64,000 nt of DNA from a bacterium (GCA_963674595.2 CAXXFV010000023.1:192001-256000), one strand, 5' to 3'; shown: positions 1-10,284, numbered from the stretch's first letter. Made by a program: numbers and translations. Notes: generated from the letters alone by a model not told the origin.

Positions 1-136
1 ATAAAAAATAAAAAAGTATGACGATTCATTCGTATCTCGATTTTTTAAATTATATATACCTTATCTTTATTATTATCGGCCTAAATTTGAATAACTAAAG
101 CTGTTTATCATTTTTTTTGCTTTTTTTAATTAAAAT

Positions 137-1111
137 TTATGGAATGTTTGAACTTGCCCCGATGCGGGCATTGTTATACCAGATTGTATAGTCACTTGTC
201 GTTACCTGACCATCCATATTGATGTCTGTGTCAAGAAATCCGGATCCTCCGATGCGTGCACTGTTATACCAGAGTGTATAGTCTTCTGTTGTTATTTCAC
301 CATCCCGGTTTACATCTCCTGCCCAGACTGCCCACACGTCGGTTTCCATTTCTTTTGTTGAGCCTGACCCAAAAGAAGCATCAGCACTAATCGTAAAGTT
401 CCACAAAGAAGAGCTGTCTTTTTTTAAATTTAATAAACCTACACTCATCACGGCTGTATGATTTCGTGATTTAACAATAATATAATAATTACCGGTGTTT
501 ACCAGGGGCATACCAAGCGACGCTGTAGAACCATCCGGTTCCACAATAATACCATCCTTTCCAAGTAAAAAAGATTGTTGTGCAACAATAACACCCTCTG
601 ACGTACGCAGCATGACAAGCACCCAGTCTACAATATTTTCTGGTATATAAGAAACAGTTCTTGGTGCTTCGGTAAATGGTGATGACAGGGGTATTAAACC
701 GGAGTCATTGAGGAATGTGCTCATACTGTCACCGGCTACATCGTATCCGCATTGTAAAAATACTTTGGCCGCTGTCAAAACAAAGGTAACATCGCCGACA
801 ATTTCAGAAATTTCTGATTTATTGCCCCAGGAATCAACAACAACGACCAGATAATATACGTGAACATTTGGATCATCAAACAAAGGTTCGTTATATTGAA
901 AGCTCGTTTCTGTTGTTGCCACAAGAAAATTTTCGTCAGTGGGTGTAAAACCGGGAAATGTGCTATAGTGAACATTATAAAAAAAAGGTGTTTCTATCGG
1001 ATCACCGTCTGTATTTAACGTAACAGGGTCCCAGGAAATGGTTACGGTAGCAGCCATGGTATTATAAACTTGCAAAAACAGGAAAAAGAAAAATATTTTC
1101 AAGATCTTCAA
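137..1111 (-). CDS. Secreted protein: FN3-like N-terminal domain plus C-terminal domain ending in a dockerin-like double Ca-binding loop
   Basis: Signal peptide; FN3-like motifs VTISWDPV...YYLVVVVDSWGNKSE; C-terminal paired loops GDVNRDGEITTEDY / DINMDGQVTTSDY; TTG start. Confidence 0.7.
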   Translation of the reverse strand: MKILKIFFFFLFLQVYNTMAATVTISWDPVTLNTDGDPIETPFFYNVHYSTFPGFTPTDENFLVATTETSFQYNEPLFDDPNVHVYYLVVVVDSWGNKSEISEIVGDVTFVLTAAKVFLQCGYDVAGDSMSTFLNDSGLIPLSSPFTEAPRTVSYIPENIVDWVLVMLRTSEGVIVAQQSFLLGKDGIIVEPDGSTASLGMPLVNTGNYYIIVKSRNHTAVMSVGLLNLKKDSSSLWNFTISADASFGSGSTKEMETDVWAVWAGDVNRDGEITTEDYTLWYNSARIGGSGFLDTDINMDGQVTTSDYTIWYNNARIGASSNIP

Positions 1112-1153
1112 GATAAATTTTTACTCCATTAATTAATTGGTTTTTGTAGAGCA

Positions 1154-1169
1154 TGCAAATTAAATACCA
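1154..1169 (-). promoter_or_regulatory. sigma54-type -24/-12 promoter
   Basis: Minus strand reads TGGTATTTAATTTGCA (GG-N10-GC), about 45 bp upstream of the 137..1111 start. Confidence 0.6.
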
Positions 1170-1347
1170 TTCTTTTAAAATCAAACATATATTTTTGGGC
1201 TGTCGTTAATTTTTGTGCTGTTTTACAAGAGTTTGTGTTGATGTGTACGTTTTTTCTCTCATAAAGCTATATTTTAAATCAGGTCGTTTTAGAGTGATAC
1301 AAACGATGTAACAAAATATTTCATTCATGTAATTCACCTAAAAATCC

Positions 1348-1376
1348 TTGATATTGGAAAGAAATTGTGTTAATTT
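1348..1376 (+). promoter_or_regulatory. sigma70-type promoter
   Basis: TTGATA-17bp-TAATTT with extended -10 TG at 1368-1369. Confidence 0.45.
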
Positions 1377-3097
1377 TCAAGTCATTCAAACATTTTCAGG
1401 AGACTCAAATATATAAATTTTCTGCAAATATTGTTGTAACGGCGGTCACATTTATTTTGTTGTTGTCTTGTGCACGTCAGGGTTTTCCTCCCGGTGGACC
1501 TGTTGACAAAACTCCGCCATCAATAGTTTACACAATTCCGGCAACGGATTCTCTTAATGTACCGGTTGACACTTTTGTTGAAATTGGTTTTAGTGAAGCT
1601 GTGGAGCCCTATTCTGCAGAGGCTTCATTGTTCATTACACCATATCCGGGTGATAATGTTGAGAAAAAGTGGAAAAAGGATCGTTTAAAAATATTATTTC
1701 AGGACAGTCTGCTAGATAACCGAACGTATGTTATTACCGTCGGTACCGGAACAAAAGACCTGCGAAATAATGCCATGAAAGAATCCTTTTCACTGGCTTT
1801 TTCTACCGGTGCCGTTTTGGACAAGGGAGAAATATCCGGATGTGTTTTTGGGGATGATAAAATCAAAGGCACCCAAATTTGGGCCTATGATCTTTTAGAA
1901 ACGCCTGAACCAAACCCGGTAGAGGTTAAACCGCTTTACATCACCCAGGCCGGTGATGACGGCAAATTTCAATTTATACATCTTGCTGAAGGAAAATATA
2001 GATTGTTTGCTGTTAATGATCGTGACATGAACAAACGATATACTCCCCAATATGATATGCTGGGAGTAACTTTTAAAGATATCAGTTTAACAGCAGATGC
2101 TAATTCAGCAGAAAATATTGTTTTTAAAGTATCGCTGCGTGATACACTACCGCCGTTTATTTATTCGGCTTATGCTCTTGATAATCATCATTTTAGTTTA
2201 CGGTATTCTGAAAAAATGGTGAGTGATAGCCTGGACCGCGTGGATAATTATACGTTTTTATCAGAAACAGGTGATACGTTGGAGATTGCCGATGTATTTC
2301 AGGATTACCGGAATGCCGGGGTTTGGCATTTTACAATGAGAGATTCTCTGTTAGATGAAAAATACACTATCCGTGTAAAACATGCTTATGATATGGCGTT
2401 TCATACCATGCATCAGGATTCAAGTTTAAAAACTTTTACCGGAACCTCAAAACCGGATACAACCGGACCACAATATATTGCTATGGTGCCGTCTGATAGT
2501 TCGTCACTTATTTATCCGGACAGCTCTTTTCAGTTTTATTTTTCCGAACCGTTGGATAAAAATTTAATAGAAAACAGTATCATTTGTGCCGATACATTGG
2601 GTGATACCTTGTCTGCAAAAATTACATGGATTAACGGTGCCGGTTTTGTTTTTGATCCGGATTCTTTAAAACCGAAAACATATTATCAAATTACAATTCC
2701 GGTGGATTCTGTTAAAGACATTTTTGGCAACGTTACATCTGATACACTTTTTTTGAAAAGATTTACAACTCTTGATCCGGATACCCTCACTGAAATTTCC
2801 GGTAAAATATCGGATGCAGATACATCTGCATCAGGCCCGTTTTATATGCAAGTCGTATCAACAACCAGTAACAAATACAATATTGTTCTTGTTAAAGATG
2901 GCGATTATCGATTTAATAATATTTTGCCCGGTATTTATACAATAAATTATTTTCGGGATGAAAATAAAGATGGCAAATATAACTGGGGTAATGCTTTCCC
3001 GTTTAGTCCGGCAGAACGTTTTTGGTTTAATGCCGATTCAATCAAGGTCCGTTCACGATGGCCGAATGAAGAAAATGACCTTGTATTACCAAAATAA
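1367..3097 (+). CDS. Lipoprotein with multiple Ig-like (Big_5/SbsA-type) domains; start possibly 1409
   Basis: Lipobox LLLSC followed by the conserved ARQGFPPGGPVDKTPP; repeated DTxPP/GP-F-FSE Ig motifs. Confidence 0.8.
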   Translation: MLIFKSFKHFQETQIYKFSANIVVTAVTFILLLSCARQGFPPGGPVDKTPPSIVYTIPATDSLNVPVDTFVEIGFSEAVEPYSAEASLFITPYPGDNVEKKWKKDRLKILFQDSLLDNRTYVITVGTGTKDLRNNAMKESFSLAFSTGAVLDKGEISGCVFGDDKIKGTQIWAYDLLETPEPNPVEVKPLYITQAGDDGKFQFIHLAEGKYRLFAVNDRDMNKRYTPQYDMLGVTFKDISLTADANSAENIVFKVSLRDTLPPFIYSAYALDNHHFSLRYSEKMVSDSLDRVDNYTFLSETGDTLEIADVFQDYRNAGVWHFTMRDSLLDEKYTIRVKHAYDMAFHTMHQDSSLKTFTGTSKPDTTGPQYIAMVPSDSSSLIYPDSSFQFYFSEPLDKNLIENSIICADTLGDTLSAKITWINGAGFVFDPDSLKPKTYYQITIPVDSVKDIFGNVTSDTLFLKRFTTLDPDTLTEISGKISDADTSASGPFYMQVVSTTSNKYNIVLVKDGDYRFNNILPGIYTINYFRDENKDGKYNWGNAFPFSPAERFWFNADSIKVRSRWPNEENDLVLPK

Positions 3098-3149
3098 TTA
3101 ATAACTCGTTAAAAATTGATAAATATAAAAGTGAATACTGGAAAAGTTT

Positions 3150-4391
3150 ATGATACCTTTTTCTTACAAAGACAAAAATTTATTCTGTGAAGATACAAAC
3201 CTGACTGAAATAGCCGAACAGTTTGGAACGCCGACTTATGTTTATAGTAAAAAAAGTTTGCTTGAAAATTTTTCAAAAATTGATAAAGCTTTTGGCGACT
3301 ATCCGCATAAAATATGCTTTGCACTAAAATCCAATTCAAACAACCGCATTTTAGAGCTGTTGGCGGAACAGGGCGCCGGTGCCGACGTTGTTTCCGGTGG
3401 TGAGCTTGCTTTGGCCCTTAAAGCAGGTTTTCCTGCCGAACGTATTGTTTATGCCAGCGTTGGGAAAACAGATAAAGAAATTGAATTTGCCATAAAGAAT
3501 GATATTCTTGCGTTGAATGTGGAATCCTGTCAGGAATTACAGGTAGTGAATCAAATAGCCGAATCTATGAATAAAAAAGCGTCGGTTTCCATTCGTATCA
3601 ATCCGGATGTTGATATTGAAGGTCATCCCTATATTACCACCGGAACATCGGCAAACAAGTTTGGTATTCAACTTGGTGAGGCTGAATCCTGTATGGAATG
3701 GGCCTCAAAACAGCCGCATATAAATCTTGTTGGGATTCATTGCCATATCGGTTCTTTAATCGACAAACTGGATGCTTATATAAAAAGTGCTGAAATTTTG
3801 GTGGATTTTGTTCTCAAACTCCGAAAACAGGACGGAATAACGTTAAACCATATTGATATTGGTGGTGGTTTGGGGATTGATTATCATAAGGTATTGGCAG
3901 AACATGGTGATCCGTTTACAATTGATCCGAAAAATTTGGCCCAAAGTGTAATTCCGTTGGTTAAGGAAACCGGTTGTGAGCTTTTGTTTGAACCGGGACG
4001 GTCTGTTATTGGTCCGGGTGGGGCGTTGTTGACCCGGGTTTTATATACCAAAGAAACAAAAGGAAAACGATTTATTATTGTAGATGCCGGTATGAGTGAT
4101 TTAATCAGACCGTCATTATATGGAGCTTTTCATGAAATTTTGCCGGTTATTCCGGCTGAAAATGATACATTGACGGCTGATATAGTCGGCCCTATCTGTG
4201 AATCCGGGGATTTTTTAGGAAAAAACAGACAGTTGCCCAATGTTAAGCGCGGTGATTTGTTGGCAGTTATGACGGCCGGCGCCTATGGGTATACATTGGC
4301 CAATAATTATAATACGAGAGGCAAGCCAGCCGAAGTTTTAGTCGATGGCAATGCGGCAGATAATATTCGTGAACGGGAGATAATGATTTAA
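3150..4391 (+). CDS. lysA: Diaminopimelate decarboxylase
   Basis: FALKSN PLP lysine, HCHIGS, IDIGGG, EPGRS, GPICESGD, NYN. Confidence 0.95.
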   Translation: MIPFSYKDKNLFCEDTNLTEIAEQFGTPTYVYSKKSLLENFSKIDKAFGDYPHKICFALKSNSNNRILELLAEQGAGADVVSGGELALALKAGFPAERIVYASVGKTDKEIEFAIKNDILALNVESCQELQVVNQIAESMNKKASVSIRINPDVDIEGHPYITTGTSANKFGIQLGEAESCMEWASKQPHINLVGIHCHIGSLIDKLDAYIKSAEILVDFVLKLRKQDGITLNHIDIGGGLGIDYHKVLAEHGDPFTIDPKNLAQSVIPLVKETGCELLFEPGRSVIGPGGALLTRVLYTKETKGKRFIIVDAGMSDLIRPSLYGAFHEILPVIPAENDTLTADIVGPICESGDFLGKNRQLPNVKRGDLLAVMTAGAYGYTLANNYNTRGKPAEVLVDGNAADNIREREIMI

Positions 4392-4406
4392 ATAGTTAGG
4401 TGAGAA

Positions 4407-4760
4407 TTATTCCTCATCAAACATGGATACAACATTTCCACTTTCAACATTATTTGTCGAATTTGTTTTTGAATCTGTTTCTTCAATTAATGTTTCATCT
4501 GTTTCTTCCTGCGGTACTTTGATCCGTTCGATTCGGACAGGATTGCCGCCCATTGTAAAGTCGGCACCCCGAATTTGTTGTTCGTCAAGAATCCAGGTTA
4601 TTTTTTTCAGTGGGATTGTGAGGGTTAAAAAGGACATTTGCCACCATCCTTTTTTATGGTCAGGGCTGATGTCTTCAACTCTTATAAAAAAGGCTGGTGT
4701 GTTTTGAAAATGTACAAGGAGAACTTCTCCTGCTGTAAATGCTTTGCTGGAATCTGACAT
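4407..4760 (-). CDS. Conserved hypothetical small beta-rich protein with acidic tail
   Basis: RBS GAGG upstream; WILDEQQIRGADFTMGG motif resembles a hypothetical family I associate with Desulfobacterota. Confidence 0.65.
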   Translation of the reverse strand: MSDSSKAFTAGEVLLVHFQNTPAFFIRVEDISPDHKKGWWQMSFLTLTIPLKKITWILDEQQIRGADFTMGGNPVRIERIKVPQEETDETLIEETDSKTNSTNNVESGNVVSMFDEE

Positions 4761-4794
4761 GGAAAATATTACCTCAATTAATTATAAATATATA

Positions 4795-6183
4795 TTATTC
4801 AATTCTTAAAAATTCAATACGTCTGTTTTGTGCCCGACCTTGTTCTGTTCCATTGTTTGCAATGGGGTTTTGGGGACCGTATCCAACCGCTTTAATTCGG
4901 TAGCTGTCGATTCCCATGGAAATTAAATAGCTTCGTACTGAATTGGCCCGATCCTGTGAGAGTTTTTGATTGAGTCCGGCACTGCCCGTGTTGTCCGTGT
5001 AACCCTGAATTTCAATTTCAACTTCCGGATTGGCATCCAAAGACTCGTAAACCTCATCAAGTATAATATAGGATTCTTTGGTGATTTCCGCGCTTCCGGT
5101 TTCAAAATTTACGCCCTGCAGCACAATCCTGCCGCCTTTTTCAACAATAGGGGGGGGGACCTCATCGGGACATCCGTCATCATCCCGGTATCCATTAAAA
5201 GTTTCCATTTCAGTTGGGCATAAATCCGAAATATCGGGAATTTGATCTCCATCATTATCATTATCCGGAATACCATCTTCGTCCTGGAAACCATCCAAAT
5301 CCTCAGGGTCGTTAGGTGCACCGTCATAAATGTCCAGGATACCGTCCCAATCATTATCCGGTTCCGGAATGCCGTCATTGTCTTCAAAGCCGTCCATGTC
5401 TTCTGCTATTAAAGGCGCGGCATCTGTAGAGTCCGGAATGCCATCATTATCGTTATCATAGTCCGGGGCGCCGTCCATATCCTGAAAACCGTCCATATCT
5501 TCTGGCAATTTTGGGGCAATATCGATTTTGTCCGGAATGCCATCGTGGTCGCTGTCTTTATTGCGATGAAAATAAAAAGTTCCGTTAATACCAAACTGAA
5601 GGATTTTGTCATTCACATCATTGGTGCCGATATTGTCTGCTTTTTGGTCTAAAATTAACATGAATTTAAATTGAGGTGAAAGATAAAAAGATTCGTTGAC
5701 GGCCCAGTCAATTCCTAATCCGGTATTTAAAATTGTATTGTAGGTTTTCCCTGCATTGATAGAGTTACCATTAGATTTATTTTGAAGGTCCCAAATAAGC
5801 AATCCGGCGCCTGCGAAAACAAATGGATTTAAGGTTTTGTCATTCAATAATTTTGCTTTTAAATATATAATATTGGACATTAAGGATGTTTTATAGGGTA
5901 ATAATGGATTGGAACCGAATAGAGAATTTTCCTTTTTAGGATGAACGGTTCCATAATTCCAGTTATATCCTATGGCATATTTTTGAGAAAAATCATAAAG
6001 AAAATTTATTCCACCACTGCCGTTAATGTTGGAATCACCCTTTTCTCCTCCAATTAAACGGATTGTTGAAAATTCTGCACCAATTCCATATTTTTGTGAA
6101 TATGGTTGACCCTGTAACGTATTGATATTAATTGTTAATGAGAGAAAAAGTAGTAAAAGTAATATCACTTTCAGAATCCGCAT
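4795..6183 (-). CDS. OmpA-family outer-membrane protein: beta-barrel + thrombospondin type 3 Ca-binding repeats + OmpA_C peptidoglycan-binding domain
   Basis: Repeated DxDxDGIPD/EDMDGFQD; C-terminal GYTDNTG...LSQDRA...NRRIEF. Confidence 0.92.
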   Translation of the reverse strand: MRILKVILLLLLFLSLTININTLQGQPYSQKYGIGAEFSTIRLIGGEKGDSNINGSGGINFLYDFSQKYAIGYNWNYGTVHPKKENSLFGSNPLLPYKTSLMSNIIYLKAKLLNDKTLNPFVFAGAGLLIWDLQNKSNGNSINAGKTYNTILNTGLGIDWAVNESFYLSPQFKFMLILDQKADNIGTNDVNDKILQFGINGTFYFHRNKDSDHDGIPDKIDIAPKLPEDMDGFQDMDGAPDYDNDNDGIPDSTDAAPLIAEDMDGFEDNDGIPEPDNDWDGILDIYDGAPNDPEDLDGFQDEDGIPDNDNDGDQIPDISDLCPTEMETFNGYRDDDGCPDEVPPPIVEKGGRIVLQGVNFETGSAEITKESYIILDEVYESLDANPEVEIEIQGYTDNTGSAGLNQKLSQDRANSVRSYLISMGIDSYRIKAVGYGPQNPIANNGTEQGRAQNRRIEFLRIE

Positions 6184-6293
6184 AATTTAACCTATAAAGA
6201 AAAGTTGTAATTGAAATAGTAATGATATGTATTTTTTAATTTTAACCATTCTGAATGAAATTGTCAAGACCTTTTCAAATAATAAAAAACACC

Positions 6294-6322
6294 TTGCATC
6301 TATTCCACTTTATTTTTAAACT
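6294..6322 (+). promoter_or_regulatory. sigma70 promoter of the pyr operon
   Basis: TTGCAT-17bp-TAAACT. Confidence 0.55.
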
Positions 6323-6347
6323 TGTAGTTAGAAAATAATTTCATCGT

Positions 6348-6381
6348 TGCCTTCCTGTAGTTTTGTGGAGGGTATTTTTTT
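6348..6381 (+). terminator. Terminator-like hairpin (possible attenuator) in the pyrR leader
   Basis: TGCCTTCC...GGAGGGTA stem followed by T7, between the promoter and pyrR. Confidence 0.5.
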
Positions 6382-6429
6382 GAATATTTCAAGGGGCAAA
6401 TCATTTAATTTAAGGAAAGTGGTTTTCTA

Positions 6430-6987
6430 ATGGAATTAAAAGTTAAAGCTGAAATTATTGATGAAGCTGGTCTGCAAAGAACTATAGTTCGATTGGCACA
6501 CGAAATTATCGAAAGAAACCGTGGTGTAAAAAACCTGGCTATTGTCGGGGTTCGAACTCGTGGTGCTGTTATTGCTGAACGGTTGGTTGAAAAAATTAAT
6601 GAAATAGAGAATGTCCTCGTGCCTTTGGGAATTTTGGACATTACATTGTATCGGGATGATTTTCGGAAACGACTGAAACAACCGGTTGTACAGGTTACTG
6701 AAATTCCATTTGAAATCGATGATATTGCTGTTGTGCTGGTTGATGATGTCCTGTTTACAGGAAGAACCTCTCGTGCCGCTTTGGATGCTCTAATGGATTT
6801 TGGTCGGCCCTCTTCTATCCAATTAATGACATTAATTGATCGTGGACATCGCGAGCTTCCCATCCATGCCGATTATGTCGGTAAAGAAATTCATACCTCC
6901 GTCGGAGAAGAAGTTCAGGTCCGGTTAAAGGAAATAGATAGCGAAGATTGTGTTTTGTTAGTAGAATCTCCAAAGGAGGAAAAATAA
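6430..6987 (+). CDS. pyrR: Pyrimidine operon attenuation regulator / uracil phosphoribosyltransferase
   Basis: LDITLYRDD, VLVDDVLFTGRT, DRGHRELPI. Confidence 0.97.
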   Translation: MELKVKAEIIDEAGLQRTIVRLAHEIIERNRGVKNLAIVGVRTRGAVIAERLVEKINEIENVLVPLGILDITLYRDDFRKRLKQPVVQVTEIPFEIDDIAVVLVDDVLFTGRTSRAALDALMDFGRPSSIQLMTLIDRGHRELPIHADYVGKEIHTSVGEEVQVRLKEIDSEDCVLLVESPKEEK

Positions 6988-6989
6988 AT

Positions 6990-7925
6990 ATGACCCTTGC
7001 AATTTCTCATTTGTTAGGTCTTGAGGGCGTTTCGAAAAAGGATATAACCTTGATTTTGGATACGGCAAAATCGTTAAAAGAAATCCTGAGCCGTCCCATC
7101 CCCAAAGTTCCGACCCTTCGCGGCAAAACAGTCGTCAATTTGTTTTTTGAAGCTTCTACCCGCACACGAATTTCTTTCGAGCTGGCAGAAAAACGATTAT
7201 CTGCCGACACTGTAAATTTTTCGGCTTCTACAAGTTCCGTTAAAAAGGGTGAAACCCTGAAGGATACCATACGAAATATTGAAGCCATGAAAATTGATAT
7301 GGTTGTGGTTCGTCATGCCGCTGCCGGAGTGCCGTTGTTTCTGACAAAATGTGTAGACGCCGCTATTATCAATGCCGGAGATGGTATTCATGAACATCCG
7401 ACCCAGGCACTTTTGGACATGATGACTCTATGCGAAAAATATGGTAATTTGGAAGGATTAAAAGTAGCCATTGTTGGAGATATATCCCACAGCCGTGTTG
7501 CCGGTTCAAATATTCACGGTCTTTTGACAATGGGTGCAGAGGTTATGCTGTGCGGACCCAGAACCCTTATGCCAAGGCATATCGACCAGATGGGTGTTCG
7601 TGTTTCCCATAACCTGGAAGAAGCAATAGAATGGGCAGATGTTTTAAACGTTCTGAGAATACAATTGGAACGACAGGAAGCCGGACTTTTTCCATCTATT
7701 CGGGAATATCATACAGAATTTGGTGTTACACTTGACAAATTAAAAAAAGTGGATAAAGAAATTACAATTATGCATCCCGGACCTATTAATAGGGGCATTG
7801 AGTTAGATAGTGATGTTGCAGATAGTGACTTTTCAGTTATATTAAATCAAGTGACAAATGGTGTTGCTGTTCGAATGGCAGTGCTGTATTTGTTGAGTGA
7901 CCTTGAAGGGACTGAGGACAAATAA
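6990..7925 (+). CDS. pyrB: Aspartate carbamoyltransferase catalytic subunit
   Basis: FFEASTRT, NAGDGIHEHPTQALLD, HPGPINRG; ATG at 6990 after the AGGAGG RBS. Confidence 0.97.
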   Translation: MTLAISHLLGLEGVSKKDITLILDTAKSLKEILSRPIPKVPTLRGKTVVNLFFEASTRTRISFELAEKRLSADTVNFSASTSSVKKGETLKDTIRNIEAMKIDMVVVRHAAAGVPLFLTKCVDAAIINAGDGIHEHPTQALLDMMTLCEKYGNLEGLKVAIVGDISHSRVAGSNIHGLLTMGAEVMLCGPRTLMPRHIDQMGVRVSHNLEEAIEWADVLNVLRIQLERQEAGLFPSIREYHTEFGVTLDKLKKVDKEITIMHPGPINRGIELDSDVADSDFSVILNQVTNGVAVRMAVLYLLSDLEGTEDK

Positions 7926-7942
7926 AAACAGGTTGGTGTATT

Positions 7943-9235
7943 GTGACAAAATTTAAAAAAACCGAACAAATTCTTTTATCAGGTGGTGAAATAATAAATC
8001 CTGAAAATGGAAACCGCCAAAAAAATGATTTGATTATTATAAATGGAAAAATTGATTCTATCGGTAATTTTGATAAAAAAAGTTTTTCCGGAGATGTAAT
8101 TGACGCAACAGGCACGCTAATTATGCCGGGTTTAATAGACATGCATGTTCATCTTCGTGAACCTGGACGGGAAGATGAAGAGACAATAGAAAGCGGTTGC
8201 GAGGCGGCTATGGCCGGAGGCATGACGGCCGTTTGCGCCATGCCCAATACAGACCCGCCTTGCGATAAGCAGCAAACGGTTAAATATTTAATAAACCGTG
8301 CAAAAAATGAACTGGTTGATGTTTTACCGATTGCCGCTATAACTAAAAACAGAGCCGGTCAGGAGATTACCGAAATGGCCGAGCTTGTTAAAGCCGGTGC
8401 CGTTGGTTTTTCTGATGATGGCAGTCCGGTACAAAACACCGATGTAATGAGGCGTGCGCTGGAATATGCTGCAATGTACGATTCTGTTATTATTGATCAT
8501 TGTGAAGATCCCTATCTTTTCAAAGGGGGTCATATGAATGAAGGGATCATGTCTACGCGCCTTGGGGTTCCACCCATTCCGTCAATCGGCGAAGAAATAA
8601 TGATCGGGAGAAATATCCATCTGGCAAAATATACGGGCGGGCGTATCCATATAGCCCATATTTCAACAAAAGATGGTGTGGAATTGGTTCGGCGTGCAAA
8701 AAATGAAGGTGTAAACATAACCTGTGAGGTTACGCCGCACCATTTGGTTCTAACGGATGAAGCCCTGGTAAATTATGATACCAACCTGAAAATGAATCCC
8801 CCGCTGCGCACTGCCGAGGATGTTGAGGCGCTTAAACAAGGTTTAAGTGACGGGACTATTGATGTCATCGCTTCTGATCATGCGCCGCACTCTATAGAAG
8901 AAAAAGATGTAGAGTTTATCGCGGCCCCATTCGGAATTATAGGGCTTGAGACAATGCTGGGATTAATTCAAACTTTTATTGTGGACAAAGGTATCTTGTC
9001 TCTTGAGCAGGCCCTTAATAAAATGAGTCTTGCGCCGCGTAAAATTTTGAATCTGGATATGCCCAAAATTGAAAAAGGGGCAAAAGCAAACATAACTGTT
9101 ATATACCCTGACAAAGAATGGACTGTTAACGCAAAAACATTAAAATCCCTTTCAAAAAACACGCCTTTTGATAATTGGAATTTAAAGGGCAGGGTAAAAT
9201 GTGTAATAAATAACGGGCTTTATTACGCAACATAA
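7943..9235 (+). CDS. pyrC: Dihydroorotase (type I)
   Basis: DMHVHLREPG, MPNT, EVTPHHL, KMNPPLR, SDHAPH. Confidence 0.96.
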   Translation: MTKFKKTEQILLSGGEIINPENGNRQKNDLIIINGKIDSIGNFDKKSFSGDVIDATGTLIMPGLIDMHVHLREPGREDEETIESGCEAAMAGGMTAVCAMPNTDPPCDKQQTVKYLINRAKNELVDVLPIAAITKNRAGQEITEMAELVKAGAVGFSDDGSPVQNTDVMRRALEYAAMYDSVIIDHCEDPYLFKGGHMNEGIMSTRLGVPPIPSIGEEIMIGRNIHLAKYTGGRIHIAHISTKDGVELVRRAKNEGVNITCEVTPHHLVLTDEALVNYDTNLKMNPPLRTAEDVEALKQGLSDGTIDVIASDHAPHSIEEKDVEFIAAPFGIIGLETMLGLIQTFIVDKGILSLEQALNKMSLAPRKILNLDMPKIEKGAKANITVIYPDKEWTVNAKTLKSLSKNTPFDNWNLKGRVKCVINNGLYYAT

Positions 9236-9266
9236 ACAATTTAAAGCATGGAATTTAAAAAAGATA

Positions 9267-9295
9267 TTGCATATTTGTAATTTTTTGCTTAAATT
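9267..9295 (+). promoter_or_regulatory. sigma70 promoter of the rplM operon
   Basis: TTGCAT-17bp-TAAATT; same -35 hexamer as the pyr promoter. Confidence 0.55.
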
Positions 9296-9331
9296 TTGCG
9301 TCTTTGTGGTTAACTAAATGGGAGAAAAAGA

Positions 9332-9760
9332 TTGAAAACATATTCACCAAAACCAAATGACGTCGAACAAAAATGGTTCGTCGTAGATGCAGAAGGGCAG
9401 GTTTTGGGACGTTTGGCCAGTAAAGTGGCTCATGTTGTTCGTGGTAAACACAAACCTGCATGGGCTCCGCATGCCGATATTGGCGATTTTGTCGTTATCG
9501 TTAATGCTGATAAAATTCTTGTTACTGGTCGTAAATCGGAACAAAAGAAATATCATCATCATTCCGGTTACCCAGGCGGTCTCAAAGTAACACCCTTTAA
9601 AAGTATGATGGAAAATAAACCGGAGAATATTTTATACCAGGCTGTACGTGGCATGTTGCCAAAAAATCGTCTTGGTCGTAAAATGCTGAAAAAAGTTAAA
9701 ATTTATGCATCTTCGGAACATCCACACACGGCTCAACAGCCAGAGTCATTAACTGTTTAA
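9332..9760 (+). CDS. rplM: 50S ribosomal protein L13
   Basis: [28 protein letters not shown]; TTG start. Confidence 0.98.
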   Translation: MKTYSPKPNDVEQKWFVVDAEGQVLGRLASKVAHVVRGKHKPAWAPHADIGDFVVIVNADKILVTGRKSEQKKYHHHSGYPGGLKVTPFKSMMENKPENILYQAVRGMLPKNRLGRKMLKKVKIYASSEHPHTAQQPESLTV

Positions 9761-9803
9761 ACGTAATGGTACACAAGTAAACGCTCTGATGTAAGGAGAG
9801 AAA

Positions 9804-10196
9804 ATGAAAGATACAGAGTATTACGCAACCGGGCGGCGAAAAAACGCTATTGCTCGTGTTTACCTTACACCAGGCAACGGCCAGATTAAAGTAAACAATA
9901 AAGAGTTGATGGAGTATTTTCAAAGAGATACTCTTAAAATGATTATTGAGCAGCCTTTGGTCGTTACTGAAACGTTAGGAAAATACGATGTAATTGCCCA
10001 TGTAAATGGTGGCGGTCTTACAGGTCAAGCCGGAGCAATGCTTCTGGGTTTGGCACGTGCATTAGTAAAAGTAGATGAAGAATTGAGATCTGTTTTACGT
10101 CAAAACGGCTTTTTAACACGTGATCCCCGAATGGTTGAACGTAAAAAATACGGACGTCCGGGTGCTCGTAAACGATTCCAGTTCTCGAAACGTTAA
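9804..10196 (+). CDS. rpsI: 30S ribosomal protein S9
   Basis: [21 protein letters not shown]-terminal QFSKR. Confidence 0.98.
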   Translation: MKDTEYYATGRRKNAIARVYLTPGNGQIKVNNKELMEYFQRDTLKMIIEQPLVVTETLGKYDVIAHVNGGGLTGQAGAMLLGLARALVKVDEELRSVLRQNGFLTRDPRMVERKKYGRPGARKRFQFSKR

Positions 10197-10208
10197 TTTT
10201 ATCAAAAA

Positions 10209-10284
10209 ACACACACTTGCCTTTTTTCGCGGGGTGATCAACAACTGGTTGGTTTCGCAAAAGTCAAGTGGAGGAATAACCCCA
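10209..10284 (+). ncRNA. rpsB 5' leader (S2 autoregulatory element / t44 RNA)
   Basis: Conserved blocks ACACACAC...GGGGTG...GTGGAGG...AACCCC; CACTTG(10214-19) pairs with CAAGTG(10265-70); GGGGT can pair with ACCCC. Confidence 0.8.

Noticed and set aside
5160-5560. Periodic repeats as a CRISPR array or tandem DNA repeat
   Set aside because: These are degenerate coding repeats (thrombospondin type 3) inside the OmpA gene; no identical repeats with spacers and no cas genes
6405-6863. 152-aa antisense ORF over pyrR, and the many other 60-170 aa overlapping ORFs in the track
   Set aside because: Shadows of well-supported genes on the opposite strand or in another frame; no motifs or RBS
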